DNA from: an uncultured bacterium
GTDB lineage: Bacteria > Latescibacterota > MWCZ01
Assembly (NCBI GenBank): GCA_964635955.1
Contig: CAZWQW010000016.1
Coordinates: forward strand, 1-43,786
DNA: 43,786 bases
Direction: 5' to 3'
Shown here: positions 22,528 to 32,385 of the stretch, one piece after another
Layout of the letters: every line of letters begins with the position of its first letter
How positions within the stretch are numbered: position 1 is the first letter of the stretch
Notes under the pieces: model-generated
Told to the model about the DNA's origin: nothing
What the model saw: the letters and a program-made list of their open reading frames with translations, nothing else
The model's database searches: none
Made by a program: the position numbers and the translations under genes

Positions 22528-23865
22528 TTATACCGGCCCCTTGTCTTTGTCTTTGAAGAACGTCGCCCACGGGAATTTCACGGGCATGCCGAGGGAGTAC
22601 GCTTCCGGGAGGACGAGCGCCAAATTCGCAATGTCGCCGCCGCCTTCGTCCTTCGTGAGTTCAACGCCCTGGATGAGAAATTCCATTTCCTCGAAAACGA
22701 ACGCACACGGCGCGTACAAAACGACCTTCATGTTTTCCGTCCAGAGCTGCCCGTCGGCATTGCGCCAACCGACCACCTGGACGGGGATGGAAACCGAATC
22801 GGCGATTGATTTCGCCATGCGCCATTTGACGGCCTGCTCGATCATCGCGGCATTCACGTCGGGGGCCTGGAAGACGAACGGGCGGAGGATGGGAACACCT
22901 TTGTCCTGGAGGGTTTTTGAAATTCCCGGTTCGTCGTTGTCGTCGGTGACCGCCGTCCACACGGAAAAGCGCTTCGTGCCGTCATAAGTAGCGCCGACCG
23001 AACGGACGGGAAATTCTCCTGCCTTGAGGGTAGCAACGGGTTTCGCCTCGGTAGCGGCGCGGACGAACATGACGCCGACATCCGTTGAGGAGATATGTCC
23101 CGAATCGTCGTAGGACGGAATCGAGGATGTCACGAGAAAACCCTGTTGCGCCGCAATGCGAAAGAGGAAATCCGCGTCGGTTTCGGTTTTTTCTTTGTTT
23201 ACTTTTTCGGGGAACGGATCGGGGCGGCCGTTAGCGGAATAGGCCCGGAGGCCGTAGACCTTGGCTACTTCTTCGCCGATTTCGAGGAGTCCTCCGCGAT
23301 ACTCTGTACACCCTGCAGGATTCATACATTCGATCATGTCGCCGGGCATAGTCCGGACTTCGACCGTTGCGACTATTTGCGCGCCGTCTTCGCGGAAAGT
23401 CCATTTCGTTTCCCGGCCCGCGAGGTACGGTTCTTTGCCGATGTAGAGGACAACGGTTTTGTAGCCGAAGGGACGGAGCGCTTCCACAAGGGCGCGATTA
23501 CGGTAGTCGAAAGGCGCCTCGAAGACGAAGCCGTCGGCGATGTTGTTGAGGGCCCGGACGATGCGGGACGCTTTGAAGCCGCGAAACCTTTCGCCGTTTA
23601 TTTCGATGGTGATTTCCGTGTCGAAATCGGCTGTTATTTGGCGCTTCCCGTAACGACTCGTTGACGGGGGGAACCATAGGCGATTACCGGGATAGACGTA
23701 GGGAAGGCCCTCGGGGGAGAGCTGGTTTTTGCGGAGCGTCTCCCAATTGGATTGGACGACGAGTTGCGATTGATCGTTCCCATACGCGGCGCGGGCGAGA
23801 CTCCGAATCGTATCATTTATTCTAACTTCATAAAAATTGCCGGGAGTCGGTTTGTTATCAGACAT
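22528..23865 (-). CDS. LysM-domain fused to a late-control-D / baseplate hub protein (P2 gpX+gpD, Mu gp44-like)
   Basis: N-terminal LysM pattern YEVRINDTIRSLARAAYG...YPGNRLWFPP. A body of about 380 aa sits in the hub position. Confidence 0.65.
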   Translation of the reverse strand: MSDNKPTPGNFYEVRINDTIRSLARAAYGNDQSQLVVQSNWETLRKNQLSPEGLPYVYPGNRLWFPPSTSRYGKRQITADFDTEITIEINGERFRGFKASRIVRALNNIADGFVFEAPFDYRNRALVEALRPFGYKTVVLYIGKEPYLAGRETKWTFREDGAQIVATVEVRTMPGDMIECMNPAGCTEYRGGLLEIGEEVAKVYGLRAYSANGRPDPFPEKVNKEKTETDADFLFRIAAQQGFLVTSSIPSYDDSGHISSTDVGVMFVRAATEAKPVATLKAGEFPVRSVGATYDGTKRFSVWTAVTDDNDEPGISKTLQDKGVPILRPFVFQAPDVNAAMIEQAVKWRMAKSIADSVSIPVQVVGWRNADGQLWTENMKVVLYAPCAFVFEEMEFLIQGVELTKDEGGGDIANLALVLPEAYSLGMPVKFPWATFFKDKDKGPV

Positions 23866-25219
23866 ACGCCACCACCTCCCGACCGGCGGAAAGTTCGATA
23901 AACTCGTCCCGCGTTACGCGGTTCGTTTTGCAGAAAAAATCTATCGTCTCCGAATCGATGTTTCCGTAAATCTCCCACGTCAGCGTCAAGGGATCGGACG
24001 GCGCGTTGAGTTTCCAGGTGCGCTTGGTTTTGAGCGCGAACGATTTGTCAATTAAAACGCTTTGCGCCTCTTTGACGAGCGCCTGCAATCCCGCGAGGAG
24101 GTCATGATTTGGGAGGTACAGGGTATTTATCGTCCCGGAAAACTCGTCCCGCGCCGTGTCGATGGCCTCGGCATAGGCTGAGTAGGTCGCGGATATTTGA
24201 TCGATCATCGCGCCCATGCCCTCGCGGGTCGCAAGGTCGGTGTTGTGCGCCGCTTCCACGAGCGCCCCGGTGCAGACGGCCCCGACGGTTTCGAGCGTCG
24301 CGGCGGCGTTTTTCTTCTCGTCGTTTCGGACAAGCGCCTTGATTTCCGCGACGTACCCCGCGATGAGGTCTTGCGTGAGGTCGGCGATTTGCGCGACTTT
24401 CGCGGGTGTGTCGGTGACGACGGAGGCAATTGTCCTAACGAGGTTTCCGATTTGCGCGATGCACGTCGCCGGGGAGGAAAGCGCGTCAATTGCCGTGTCG
24501 AGTTCGGCTTTTATTTCGTCCACTTCTTCCTTGACGTCGGAAATCGCGTCGGACACGGCGTCGACGGCATCGGAGATTTTTTTCGTCGTGGTTTTGAGCG
24601 TCGCCTTCATTTGCGCGTAGGCGCTCGCGGAAGAAACGTCGATGCCGTCAGCTACCGCGCCGGCGCCGTCCTGGAGGTCGTCGACGGAGGCGGCGGCTTT
24701 CCCGGCGGACTGCGCGGCGGACGAGGGATAGGAGAGGCTTTTTGTTTCACGGAATTCTACCGTGAAGCGTGCCATGCCTACGCCTGAGACGAACGCCTCT
24801 TTTTGCGTGACCGCGAAGGGAATTACCGGGATGTCGCCCCATCGCGGATGCGTGAGGAGTCCCGGCTTGTCGGGGGTGTAGCGTTCGAAAAGCGATTCGA
24901 AAAATGCGTCGGCTTTCTCGTCGTAGTCCTCGCCGATGAAGTAAATTTCCATCGGGTACACGCGGGCCGTCGAGCCGAGGTCTTGAATGACCGAATCGTC
25001 GGAATCGGTGATTTCGTGGACGGTCGCCTTTTTGCCGCCCGAGCGTTCGAGGTCGTCGAAGTAGAGGTGCGAAACAACCCCTTTCGGCGACGTATACCAG
25101 CAGTCGCGGAGGCGGGAGAGGAATTCGGGGACGGCGGGCTTTTGCGTGGCGGCGGTCGTGTTTGACGTTTCCGTCGTGTCGTTTGTTTCGGGCTTCGGGG
25201 TGAGGATGTAGTCGCTCAT
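23858..25219 (-). CDS. DNA-circularisation-protein-like tail protein (Mu gp43-like)
   Basis: Position downstream of the tape measure gene. The N-domain pattern WYTSPKG...LYFDDLERSGGKKATVHE is typical of the Mu gp43 N-terminus. Confidence 0.55.
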   Translation of the reverse strand: MSDYILTPKPETNDTTETSNTTAATQKPAVPEFLSRLRDCWYTSPKGVVSHLYFDDLERSGGKKATVHEITDSDDSVIQDLGSTARVYPMEIYFIGEDYDEKADAFFESLFERYTPDKPGLLTHPRWGDIPVIPFAVTQKEAFVSGVGMARFTVEFRETKSLSYPSSAAQSAGKAAASVDDLQDGAGAVADGIDVSSASAYAQMKATLKTTTKKISDAVDAVSDAISDVKEEVDEIKAELDTAIDALSSPATCIAQIGNLVRTIASVVTDTPAKVAQIADLTQDLIAGYVAEIKALVRNDEKKNAAATLETVGAVCTGALVEAAHNTDLATREGMGAMIDQISATYSAYAEAIDTARDEFSGTINTLYLPNHDLLAGLQALVKEAQSVLIDKSFALKTKRTWKLNAPSDPLTLTWEIYGNIDSETIDFFCKTNRVTRDEFIELSAGREVVAYV

Positions 25220-26973
25220 TGCTTTCCCCCGGCCGTGACCGTGAGGACGGGGACGAGACGCTGGCCGTTTTGCGATACGCGGTATCCTTGCGGCGCGTGG
25301 ATTTGTACGTCGTGGACCTGCTTTTCCAATTTTGAGTAGATCGATTCAGAGGTCGCCGTCCCCGAGTTGCGGTAAATTGGTACGCCGTTCGCGTCGGTCT
25401 CGCCCATCATGTCGTATCCTTGGCCCGGATTTGTGCGGCCGAAGAGGGAAAACTTATCAAGAAACTTCCCGACGCTTCCCGCGATGCCGTCGAGCCAGGT
25501 GAAGAATTCCTGTATTTCTTTGTTGAAAATTACCCATGCGGCGAAGATGCCGAGGACTGCCGTGAGCGGGCCAAGTACCCCGGCCATCGATACGCCGGTA
25601 AGCGTTGCGAGAGCGTTGACACTGGCCTGGGCAAGCGCCCATCCTTTCGTTGCGGCGACGATCCAAAGAAGTGCCTTCCAGTTGTCCTGGAGGAAGCCGA
25701 AAAAGGACATTGCGCCGTTTATCGCTTTGTCCGCGCCTTCGATGACGGGATTGATGTCGAATTTCTGGATTTTGTCGGTGAGCTTTGCGAGCGCGGCGGA
25801 TCCCCGCGTCTCGAAGGCTTCGACGAATTTTAGGCCAAGTTCAACGAGGCCGGATTTCACGACTTCGATCTGGTTTCCCAAAGATTTACGAATCGCATCG
25901 GCCATTCTCTTCGCCGCCCCGCCAGCGCCTTCAAGTTGGGCGCGGTATTTCCGCAAGCCCTCAGACCCCTCTTTCAGCATGATGGAAATTCCCGTCACGG
26001 CACGAGCGCCGAAGACGGTGGCAAGGGCGGCGGTTTTCTGCGCGGTTCCGTATCCTTTGAGGCCCTTTTCAAAATCCTGGAGGATATCGAACATATCGCG
26101 GAAGTTTCCAGCGCCGTCGCGGGTCGTGACGCCGAGCTTTCGGAGTACCTTCGTCGCTTCGGGCGTTTGATCGGCGAGACGAAGCATCATGTTGCGGATT
26201 TGCGTTCCGGACTCCTCGCCCTTAACGCCGGAGTTTGCCATTGTGCCGACCATCGCCGCGAACGTCTCCATGCTCTGACCTGCCTGAGTGAACGCGGGAG
26301 CGCCCGATTTCGCGGCTTCGTAGAGACCGAGGAGATCCGTATTCGCCGTGTTGACCGTCTTTGCGAAAACATCGGCGATGCGAGTTAGGCCGGTTGTCGT
26401 CTTCCCCACGTCGTCGGACATGAGGCCGAACGCCCCGAGGGTGTCGGCGGCGATGCCGACGGCGGTTGCGAGGTCTGTTCCTGCGGCCGTGGCGAGGTCG
26501 GAAGTCCCCGAGAGAAGGGACATTGCAAGTTCCGAGGTAAAACCGGCCATTGCCATTTTATCCAAGGCGTCGGCCGTGTTCGTCGCGGTAAATTCGGTGA
26601 TCGCGGCGACTTCGCGGGAAGCCTTGCCGATTTTTTTCAGGGTCTTTTCATAGTCTTTCGACCGGACGTCGAGGTCTTTGAATTTCGCGCCGGCCTGCCT
26701 TATGGAATTGTCGAACGAAATGTATTCGTCAGTCGCCGCCTTGATGCCGAGAGCGAGGACGCCGCCCGCGCCTATCGCGCCCCATTTGGCGAAACTGTTT
26801 ATTTGCCGGTTCATTCCAGCCATCGCGCCCGTGAACATTTTCCCCATACCGGGAAGCGCCCGTTGCATGTTACGATGAAAAATCATCATTTTGCGTTCTG
26901 CGCGAGTAATTTTTGCGGTAAAGTTGTCCTTGAGTTCAAGCAATGCTTCAAGGCTTAATTTTTTTCTTGCCAT
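25216..26973 (-). CDS. tail tape measure protein
   Basis: 585 aa, Ala/Gly-rich and helical. Core ATNTADALDKMAMAGFTSELAMSLLSGTSDLATAAG. C-terminal hydrophobic segments. Confidence 0.85.
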   Translation of the reverse strand: MARKKLSLEALLELKDNFTAKITRAERKMMIFHRNMQRALPGMGKMFTGAMAGMNRQINSFAKWGAIGAGGVLALGIKAATDEYISFDNSIRQAGAKFKDLDVRSKDYEKTLKKIGKASREVAAITEFTATNTADALDKMAMAGFTSELAMSLLSGTSDLATAAGTDLATAVGIAADTLGAFGLMSDDVGKTTTGLTRIADVFAKTVNTANTDLLGLYEAAKSGAPAFTQAGQSMETFAAMVGTMANSGVKGEESGTQIRNMMLRLADQTPEATKVLRKLGVTTRDGAGNFRDMFDILQDFEKGLKGYGTAQKTAALATVFGARAVTGISIMLKEGSEGLRKYRAQLEGAGGAAKRMADAIRKSLGNQIEVVKSGLVELGLKFVEAFETRGSAALAKLTDKIQKFDINPVIEGADKAINGAMSFFGFLQDNWKALLWIVAATKGWALAQASVNALATLTGVSMAGVLGPLTAVLGIFAAWVIFNKEIQEFFTWLDGIAGSVGKFLDKFSLFGRTNPGQGYDMMGETDANGVPIYRNSGTATSESIYSKLEKQVHDVQIHAPQGYRVSQNGQRLVPVLTVTAGGKQ

Positions 26974-27258
26974 TTATCGCCCTTCCCTCTTTTTCCGCTC
27001 TTCATCTCGCCGGGCCGCTATCCGCCTATCCACTATTTTCCGCATTTCATACGGATCAGGGATCGCCTTGTTTTTTCTCGAAAATTCTCTACTGACGTTT
27101 TCTTCTTCCGCCTGCTTTTCATAAATGCGATAGTAAAACAGCATTTCCTGGCGAGACATTGATTCAAGGCGTTCGAAAGGAAGCGCACCGCCGAAATGCT
27201 TCGCAAGAAGCCCTGCAAGGTCGAAGGCCGATTCGAGACCGAACCGGCCTGAAACCAT
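26974..27258 (-). CDS. tail assembly chaperone, frameshift-extension ORF (gpT / E-prime analogue)
   Basis: It lies in the -1 frame relative to the upstream chaperone ORF and is reachable through the TTTTTTA slippery site. Confidence 0.55.
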   Translation of the reverse strand: MVSGRFGLESAFDLAGLLAKHFGGALPFERLESMSRQEMLFYYRIYEKQAEEENVSREFSRKNKAIPDPYEMRKIVDRRIAARRDEERKKREGR

Positions 27259-27263
27259 GCGGG

Positions 27264-27671
27264 CTACATTAAAAAAATCGTGTTGATCTCGTTGAACACG
27301 GCGACGTCCTTAGAGTGCATCCTTGATGCCGAGCCGATCGGAAGGCCCGAAGACCTTGCGAGCATTGCGGTCGTTCTATCGATCGATTCTGAATCTTTGT
27401 ACCGTTGAACAACCTTCATGTCTGAAAGGTTCAATGCTTGAAATTCTACGATTTCGATCTTTGGCAAATTCTCGAATTCGATAGGTTCGAACAGCTTGAG
27501 ACGGAACTTCTTCGTTTCCTTGTCGAAGGAAAGACGCTCGTTCATGACCGCACCGGATAAGGTCTTGATAGCGTCGTTCGTGTCTTCGTTGTCGGCTTCG
27601 AAGTAGTCAGCCCAATCACGGATGATTTCTTCTGCTTCGTCCCTTGTTAATTTCTTTTTTTCTTCGGACAT
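27264..27671 (-). CDS. tail assembly chaperone (gpG / gpE analogue)
   Basis: ATG 27671 begins MSEEKKKLTRDEAE. Acidic 135-aa protein located between the tube and tape measure genes. Confidence 0.6.
   Translation of the reverse strand: MSEEKKKLTRDEAEEIIRDWADYFEADNEDTNDAIKTLSGAVMNERLSFDKETKKFRLKLFEPIEFENLPKIEIVEFQALNLSDMKVVQRYKDSESIDRTTAMLARSSGLPIGSASRMHSKDVAVFNEINTIFLM
27270..27277 (-). promoter_or_regulatory. programmed -1 ribosomal frameshift slippery site (T TTT TTA)
   Basis: The minus strand reads acg att ttt tta atg tag. A -1 slip gives ...IFF NVAR MVSGRFGLE, continuing into ORF 26974..27258. Confidence 0.65.
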
Positions 27672-27697
27672 TCTTTTTCCTTTCCCGATCTTCGGGT

Positions 27698-28072
27698 TTA
27701 CTGCTTGGCGAATTCGCCCTTCATTTCTACCGTTACGGTTCCGTTGTCGAGTTTCAGCGGGTCGGCGTTTGCCACGCAACAGCGGCCGACGAAAAGGTTG
27801 TCCCCGGCCGAGGTGACCGCCACGGCGACGAACCGCCGCGAGGTCTGCAAGGCGGCGAGCGCGGCGAATTGCGTATCGTCGCACGAGAGCTCGATTTCAA
27901 AACCGCCCGGATGCGGGTTGCTTTCGTTGTACATCGTGCGGTTACCGGCCATTTTCACGGCGCCAGACCTGCCCGAGAGCTGGTAGGCGAGTTTCGAGCC
28001 CTCGGAGGGTTCGTACTCCTTCGAGTCGATCAGTACTTCGCGGGGCGTCCCTTCGCGGATTCCACCGTCCAT
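27698..28072 (-). CDS. contractile tail tube protein
   Basis: 124 aa, immediately downstream of the sheath gene, with a GGAAGGAGG ribosome-binding site. Confidence 0.65.
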   Translation of the reverse strand: MDGGIREGTPREVLIDSKEYEPSEGSKLAYQLSGRSGAVKMAGNRTMYNESNPHPGGFEIELSCDDTQFAALAALQTSRRFVAVAVTSAGDNLFVGRCCVANADPLKLDNGTVTVEMKGEFAKQ

Positions 28073-28086
28073 GTGTTCCTCCTTCC

Positions 28087-29613
28087 TTAATCCGTCAAAA
28101 AGACGTATTTCATTGCGATGATCCGAAGCGCCTGGGCTTCGTCATCTTCCATGCTGGCATCGATTCGGCTGTTGTTTGTCGCGTTGATTTCGGCGACGAT
28201 GGACGCTTTCACCGTGTCGGGGTTTTTCGTCCAGCCCTCTTCGGCGAACCAGTCCACGAGCGCGCAGAGGTCGGCTATGACCGAGTTCGGCTTTATGACG
28301 TAGTTTTTCGCGGTGACGAGATCGTTCGATCCGACGATTCCCCGGTCGTAGGGCGAGGAGAGGAAAAGCTGTTCAAGGCTATAGGCTTTTTGCTGTCGGC
28401 GATGGATCGAAACCGCGTCGAACCATTCCTCGGTCGCGGCCCCGGCGAGAGTCGTCCGGTAGGTGGTCGGGAGATCGCCGAGGATGAGATTCCCGGCGGC
28501 GCTTACTTTGCAGTAGCCCATGCCAGCCTTGAAGAGCGCGTTGTTTTGCGCGCCGGTCCGGTTTGCGGTCGCGGGGTTGACGGAAATGTCAAGTTCTTGG
28601 TTTTTGAACGGCCGGCCGGGGTCGTAGAGGCACGACGCGGCGACGCGGCCAGCGACAGCGGCGCCGAGTTCCCACGCGGGAGCGCGAGAGCGATTTTCCC
28701 ACACGGGACAAATCCACTTGCTGTTCAGCGTCGCGGGGAGGGCGGCGGCTTCGCTGTAGGTTTTCTGCACGTAGCCCGGATACGCGGCGAAGAACCGTTT
28801 CGCGTCGGGGTCAAAGCGGAGTTCCCCGAGGTCGTTATAAAGTTCGAGGTTGGTGTCGTCGTTGTACGGCGCGGTGATGATCGTATACCAGCGGTCGCCG
28901 AGGATGTCGGCCCCGTTCGCGTCGAAGAACGCGTCTTCTACCGACGGCGTGCCGGCCCCGAGGGTGAGGAGGCCAGTCTCGGGCATGGACACGGTGATGC
29001 TTGCCGGGTTGAGATTCGTTTGCGTGGTTCCGCCCGGATTGAGGACGGCGCAAATTTCGTTGCCGTTGACGCCGACCCATTTGCAGGTGACGGTGACGAT
29101 GTTCGCGGATTCGCCCGAACCTGCGGCGGCGGAAACTGCGGCGTCGGCATCGGCGGTGATCGCGGCCACGAGTGCGGCGGCTACGTCGTCATCGGTGTCG
29201 TCCTTGGCTACGGGGATTTCATAGACCTCGCCGCCGATGTTGAAATACAAGGTGCCTGCGGTGGTAGCGGTGCCGGAGAACGTGATCGTGCCAGATGCGG
29301 CAGCCGGGGTGCCGGACGTGGGCGCGGCGATGGGGACGTACCACACGTTTTCGGAGAAGCCGCCGAGAGCACCGAAGATTTTGAGGGCTTGCCGGTGCGC
29401 CTCCGAGCCGAGGCCCGCGATGCTCGCCACTTCGTCGGCGGTGTAGACCTGGACGGGGACATAGTCGGTCGGCGTTTTCGCGGCGAGGTACATGCCTACG
29501 ATTAAGATCGTGGGCGGGATATAATCGCCTCCCGTGGATCGCTTTTTACCTTCCATCTCTATCGCAACGGTCGAGGCGCGGTAGGTGGATGGAAAACGGG
29601 TGAAATTGATCAT
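28087..29613 (-). CDS. contractile tail sheath protein
   Basis: 508 aa, assigned by position and size, with an AAGGAGG ribosome-binding site. Confidence 0.75.
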   Translation of the reverse strand: MINFTRFPSTYRASTVAIEMEGKKRSTGGDYIPPTILIVGMYLAAKTPTDYVPVQVYTADEVASIAGLGSEAHRQALKIFGALGGFSENVWYVPIAAPTSGTPAAASGTITFSGTATTAGTLYFNIGGEVYEIPVAKDDTDDDVAAALVAAITADADAAVSAAAGSGESANIVTVTCKWVGVNGNEICAVLNPGGTTQTNLNPASITVSMPETGLLTLGAGTPSVEDAFFDANGADILGDRWYTIITAPYNDDTNLELYNDLGELRFDPDAKRFFAAYPGYVQKTYSEAAALPATLNSKWICPVWENRSRAPAWELGAAVAGRVAASCLYDPGRPFKNQELDISVNPATANRTGAQNNALFKAGMGYCKVSAAGNLILGDLPTTYRTTLAGAATEEWFDAVSIHRRQQKAYSLEQLFLSSPYDRGIVGSNDLVTAKNYVIKPNSVIADLCALVDWFAEEGWTKNPDTVKASIVAEINATNNSRIDASMEDDEAQALRIIAMKYVFLTD

Positions 29614-29629
29614 TTTTCAGGGCCTCCTT

Positions 29630-30262
29630 TTAGGGGATATAGGTGAAATCTTGCTTCCAGGACTCAAGGCCCTCGGCAAGCGTTGTCGTCGTGGTGAGTT
29701 TGGAAATCGCGGCGGTCGTCCCGTCGTCGGCGACGGTGTAGGCGAGGTTGACGCGAATCGTGAACCGGGCGGGGGCATATTGGCCGGTCGAGTCCTCGGC
29801 CTCTTGACTCCAAAATTGCAGGGTCGAGGAGATGTTCCGCGAGATCATCCCCGCGGTTATGCCGAGGTCATGGTTCTTCATTCGGGTGAGGGCGAATTCT
29901 ACTTGTTCGACGAGAAGGTCGAGACGGGCGGCGGCGGCTTCATCGGCCGGGAGAAGGGAGGTAACACCTTCGACGGTTACATTTTTCGCGCGGCCGAAGG
30001 CGTAGAGGTCGATGAAAAACGTAACTTCGTCTTTTTTGTAGCGGGCGTTTCCGATCGCTTCTTTCGAGTCGGTGATGATGTTGACGAGGGCTTTGACCGC
30101 CTTCTGCTCTTTCTCAAGCCACGGCCGGGTGCGGTCTTTGCAGACGGTGAAGCCGCGCCATGATGCGACGGCTGCCTCGGCGGTGGCGACCTCTTGGATG
30201 AGGTCTTTGATGTTTTCCCGGACGACCGCGTAGGCCGGGAGAGAGACGGGGGTATAGGCCAT
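29630..30262 (-). CDS. hypothetical head-tail/neck protein
   Basis: 210-aa ORF, translationally coupled (TAAATG) to the upstream gene. Confidence 0.5.
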   Translation of the reverse strand: MAYTPVSLPAYAVVRENIKDLIQEVATAEAAVASWRGFTVCKDRTRPWLEKEQKAVKALVNIITDSKEAIGNARYKKDEVTFFIDLYAFGRAKNVTVEGVTSLLPADEAAAARLDLLVEQVEFALTRMKNHDLGITAGMISRNISSTLQFWSQEAEDSTGQYAPARFTIRVNLAYTVADDGTTAAISKLTTTTTLAEGLESWKQDFTYIP

Positions 30263-30628
30263 TTACGCGGGCTCCTCTTCGTGGAGCGTCATGGTTACCA
30301 TGCCAAGGGTGCGGTCGGGCATAGTGTTTTCGAGGTAGCCGGTGACGGTTTCGCCCATGTTGTTGACGAACGACGCTTTCCAGTTGCCGACGGTGTCGGC
30401 CGGGTTCGTGATGACGAAATCCGCGAGGTGTGCGGTAAGCGCGATTTTGCGGCCGATGATGGGCGCGTTGGTTTGCAGGTTGATGCCGGTTAGGGCTACG
30501 TCGACGTAGAAACATTCGACGACCTGATCGGCCCCTGTCGGCGGGGTGAACGTTACCGGAGCGTGTGCCCCGGCTTCGGAGAGTATGCGTTTGTTGTCGG
30601 CTTTCACCCGGTCGAGCAGGGATTCCAT
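30263..30628 (-). CDS. hypothetical head-tail/neck protein
   Basis: 121-aa ORF, tightly packed with its neighbours. Confidence 0.5.
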   Translation of the reverse strand: MESLLDRVKADNKRILSEAGAHAPVTFTPPTGADQVVECFYVDVALTGINLQTNAPIIGRKIALTAHLADFVITNPADTVGNWKASFVNNMGETVTGYLENTMPDRTLGMVTMTLHEEEPA

Positions 30629-30850
30629 TTAGTCGGCCGCTCCTTCGGACGTGTCGGACGCGGATTTCTTCGCGCTCTTTTTTGCGGCGGCGGGCGCGGT
30701 GTCGTCAGTGATGGTGCCTTGAGCGAGAAGCCTGGAAACTTGATTCGTCGCCTGCCAATGCCTGAGGACGGGGGCCGGGACGGGTGCCCCGGCCTTGATG
30801 ACGAACGAGGACCCCTTGAGGGAAATGGATATGAGGCGGTTGGCGATCAT
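30629..30850 (-). CDS. hypothetical protein
   Basis: 73-aa ORF with an ATGA overlap to the upstream gene. Confidence 0.45.
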   Translation of the reverse strand: MIANRLISISLKGSSFVIKAGAPVPAPVLRHWQATNQVSRLLAQGTITDDTAPAAAKKSAKKSASDTSEGAAD

Positions 30851-31113
30851 TCGGGCGCGTCCTTTTTCGGGCGACCGGCGCCGGACTTTTTCGCGGCGGC
30901 GGCCTTCGGGGATTTCGCTTCCTCGGCGGCGAGTTCCTTGGCGGCGGCGAGGTCTTCGACTGCGATCTTTTCGACGATGCCGTCTTTGATCGCGGCCGCC
31001 ATATCCCCGCAGGATTCGGAGGCCGGGAGAAATTCCCCGGCCTTGTAGACGCGGTGCTTCCCGGTAATCATCTTACCGGGGAGAACCTTGTAATTTTCTT
31101 CGATCAACGGCAT
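30847..31113 (-). CDS. hypothetical protein with an Ala/Lys-rich tail
   Basis: 88-aa ORF downstream of the capsid gene. Confidence 0.45.
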   Translation of the reverse strand: MPLIEENYKVLPGKMITGKHRVYKAGEFLPASESCGDMAAAIKDGIVEKIAVEDLAAAKELAAEEAKSPKAAAAKKSGAGRPKKDAPE

Positions 31114-31125
31114 AGCGTTACCTCA

Positions 31126-32364
31126 TCAGCTCCACGAGGGGAGAGTGATTTTTTGGATGAAGGACCCGAGGCCATAATCGCCTCCGGTATAGATGCCCTC
31201 GGCGAACCACCAGGCCCGCTCCTCTTGCGCGAGGGTCTTCACGTCGGGCTGCATGTCGATTTCCGCCGTGAGTCCGCGCTTCGTGATGATGTTCATGAAC
31301 TCGTTCCGCTTCACGAGGTAGCCGAAGGTGTCGCCGATGCCGCTGTAGCCCTTCGCGCCTTCGCCGTCGTAGGCGACGAGCGTCGAGATTTCCGCGAGGG
31401 GCGGATACCGGCGGTTGTTGGTGACGGACGGAAAGCCCATGGCGACCTTCGAGACGTGGCGGCAGGAGTTGGACGAGCCGAGGAAAATGAGGTCGTTGGC
31501 CTGGATGTAGTTTTCGGTGAGGAGCGGGTGTTTCCTGACGGAAAGGCCTTCGATTGCGTTTTCGAGGGTGAGGTAGAGTTTTTCGAACTTGTCGGCCCCG
31601 GTCGTGTCGGCGGCGGTGTGCTTCGCGGTGCCGGCGTCGCCGTAGCTGTAGGCCATGAGGAGATCAAAGGCGAGGGCGTCGCGCTTGGAGTTGTAGCCGA
31701 CAGCCACCGCGTCGTTCATCTGCGTCATGTCGAGGGAACGATCGAAGAGGGCCGCGAGCAGGGTCCAGGTGAAGCCGGCGGAGTAGACTTCGATGTCGAA
31801 GGTGTCGGTGATCGCGCCGTACTTCGAGCCCTGCGGGATCGGCTGACCGTTGGCGTTGACGATTTCGAAGGTGATGTCCCACGGAAGGTAGGCAATCGCC
31901 TTGTTCGTCTTGTCCGCGTCGGGCCGGTCGAGGGTATTGAAAAGAATCTGGCGGACGGTGGGCTTGGCTTCCTTGCGGGCGGTGAGGTCGAATTTCATGA
32001 CCTCCCATAGCTGCTGCCAGTCGGGGAGGAGGGTGTTTGAGGTCGAGGCGAACGCGCCGCGCTTTACACGGTCGAGGACGCTTTCCGTCTTGCCGTCTAC
32101 CCACGCAAAGGGAGCCGCGAGGATGGTTCCGTACTTGCCGGTGATCTTCGGGATGGGTACGCCTTCGCCGTAGGTCTTCGCCGAGAAAGCGAGTTTGAAA
32201 AGAGCGATAGGGTCGATCCCTTGGGGGTTTTTGATAATTTTTCCGAGCTTCGTCTCCGCCATGACGACGGGGGACTCGGCATAGACGCCGCCCGAGAGTT
32301 TGCGGGCCTGGAATGCCTGGGCCAGCGTGTCACGGGTGATGACTTTCATGGTTTCGTGTTCCAT
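31126..32364 (-). CDS. major capsid protein (candidate)
   Basis: 412 aa. The order protease-decoration-capsid mirrors lambda C-D-E. AAAGGAG ribosome-binding site. Confidence 0.6.
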   Translation of the reverse strand: MEHETMKVITRDTLAQAFQARKLSGGVYAESPVVMAETKLGKIIKNPQGIDPIALFKLAFSAKTYGEGVPIPKITGKYGTILAAPFAWVDGKTESVLDRVKRGAFASTSNTLLPDWQQLWEVMKFDLTARKEAKPTVRQILFNTLDRPDADKTNKAIAYLPWDITFEIVNANGQPIPQGSKYGAITDTFDIEVYSAGFTWTLLAALFDRSLDMTQMNDAVAVGYNSKRDALAFDLLMAYSYGDAGTAKHTAADTTGADKFEKLYLTLENAIEGLSVRKHPLLTENYIQANDLIFLGSSNSCRHVSKVAMGFPSVTNNRRYPPLAEISTLVAYDGEGAKGYSGIGDTFGYLVKRNEFMNIITKRGLTAEIDMQPDVKTLAQEERAWWFAEGIYTGGDYGLGSFIQKITLPSWS

Positions 32365-32385
32365 GGTGTTTTTTCTCCTTTTTCC

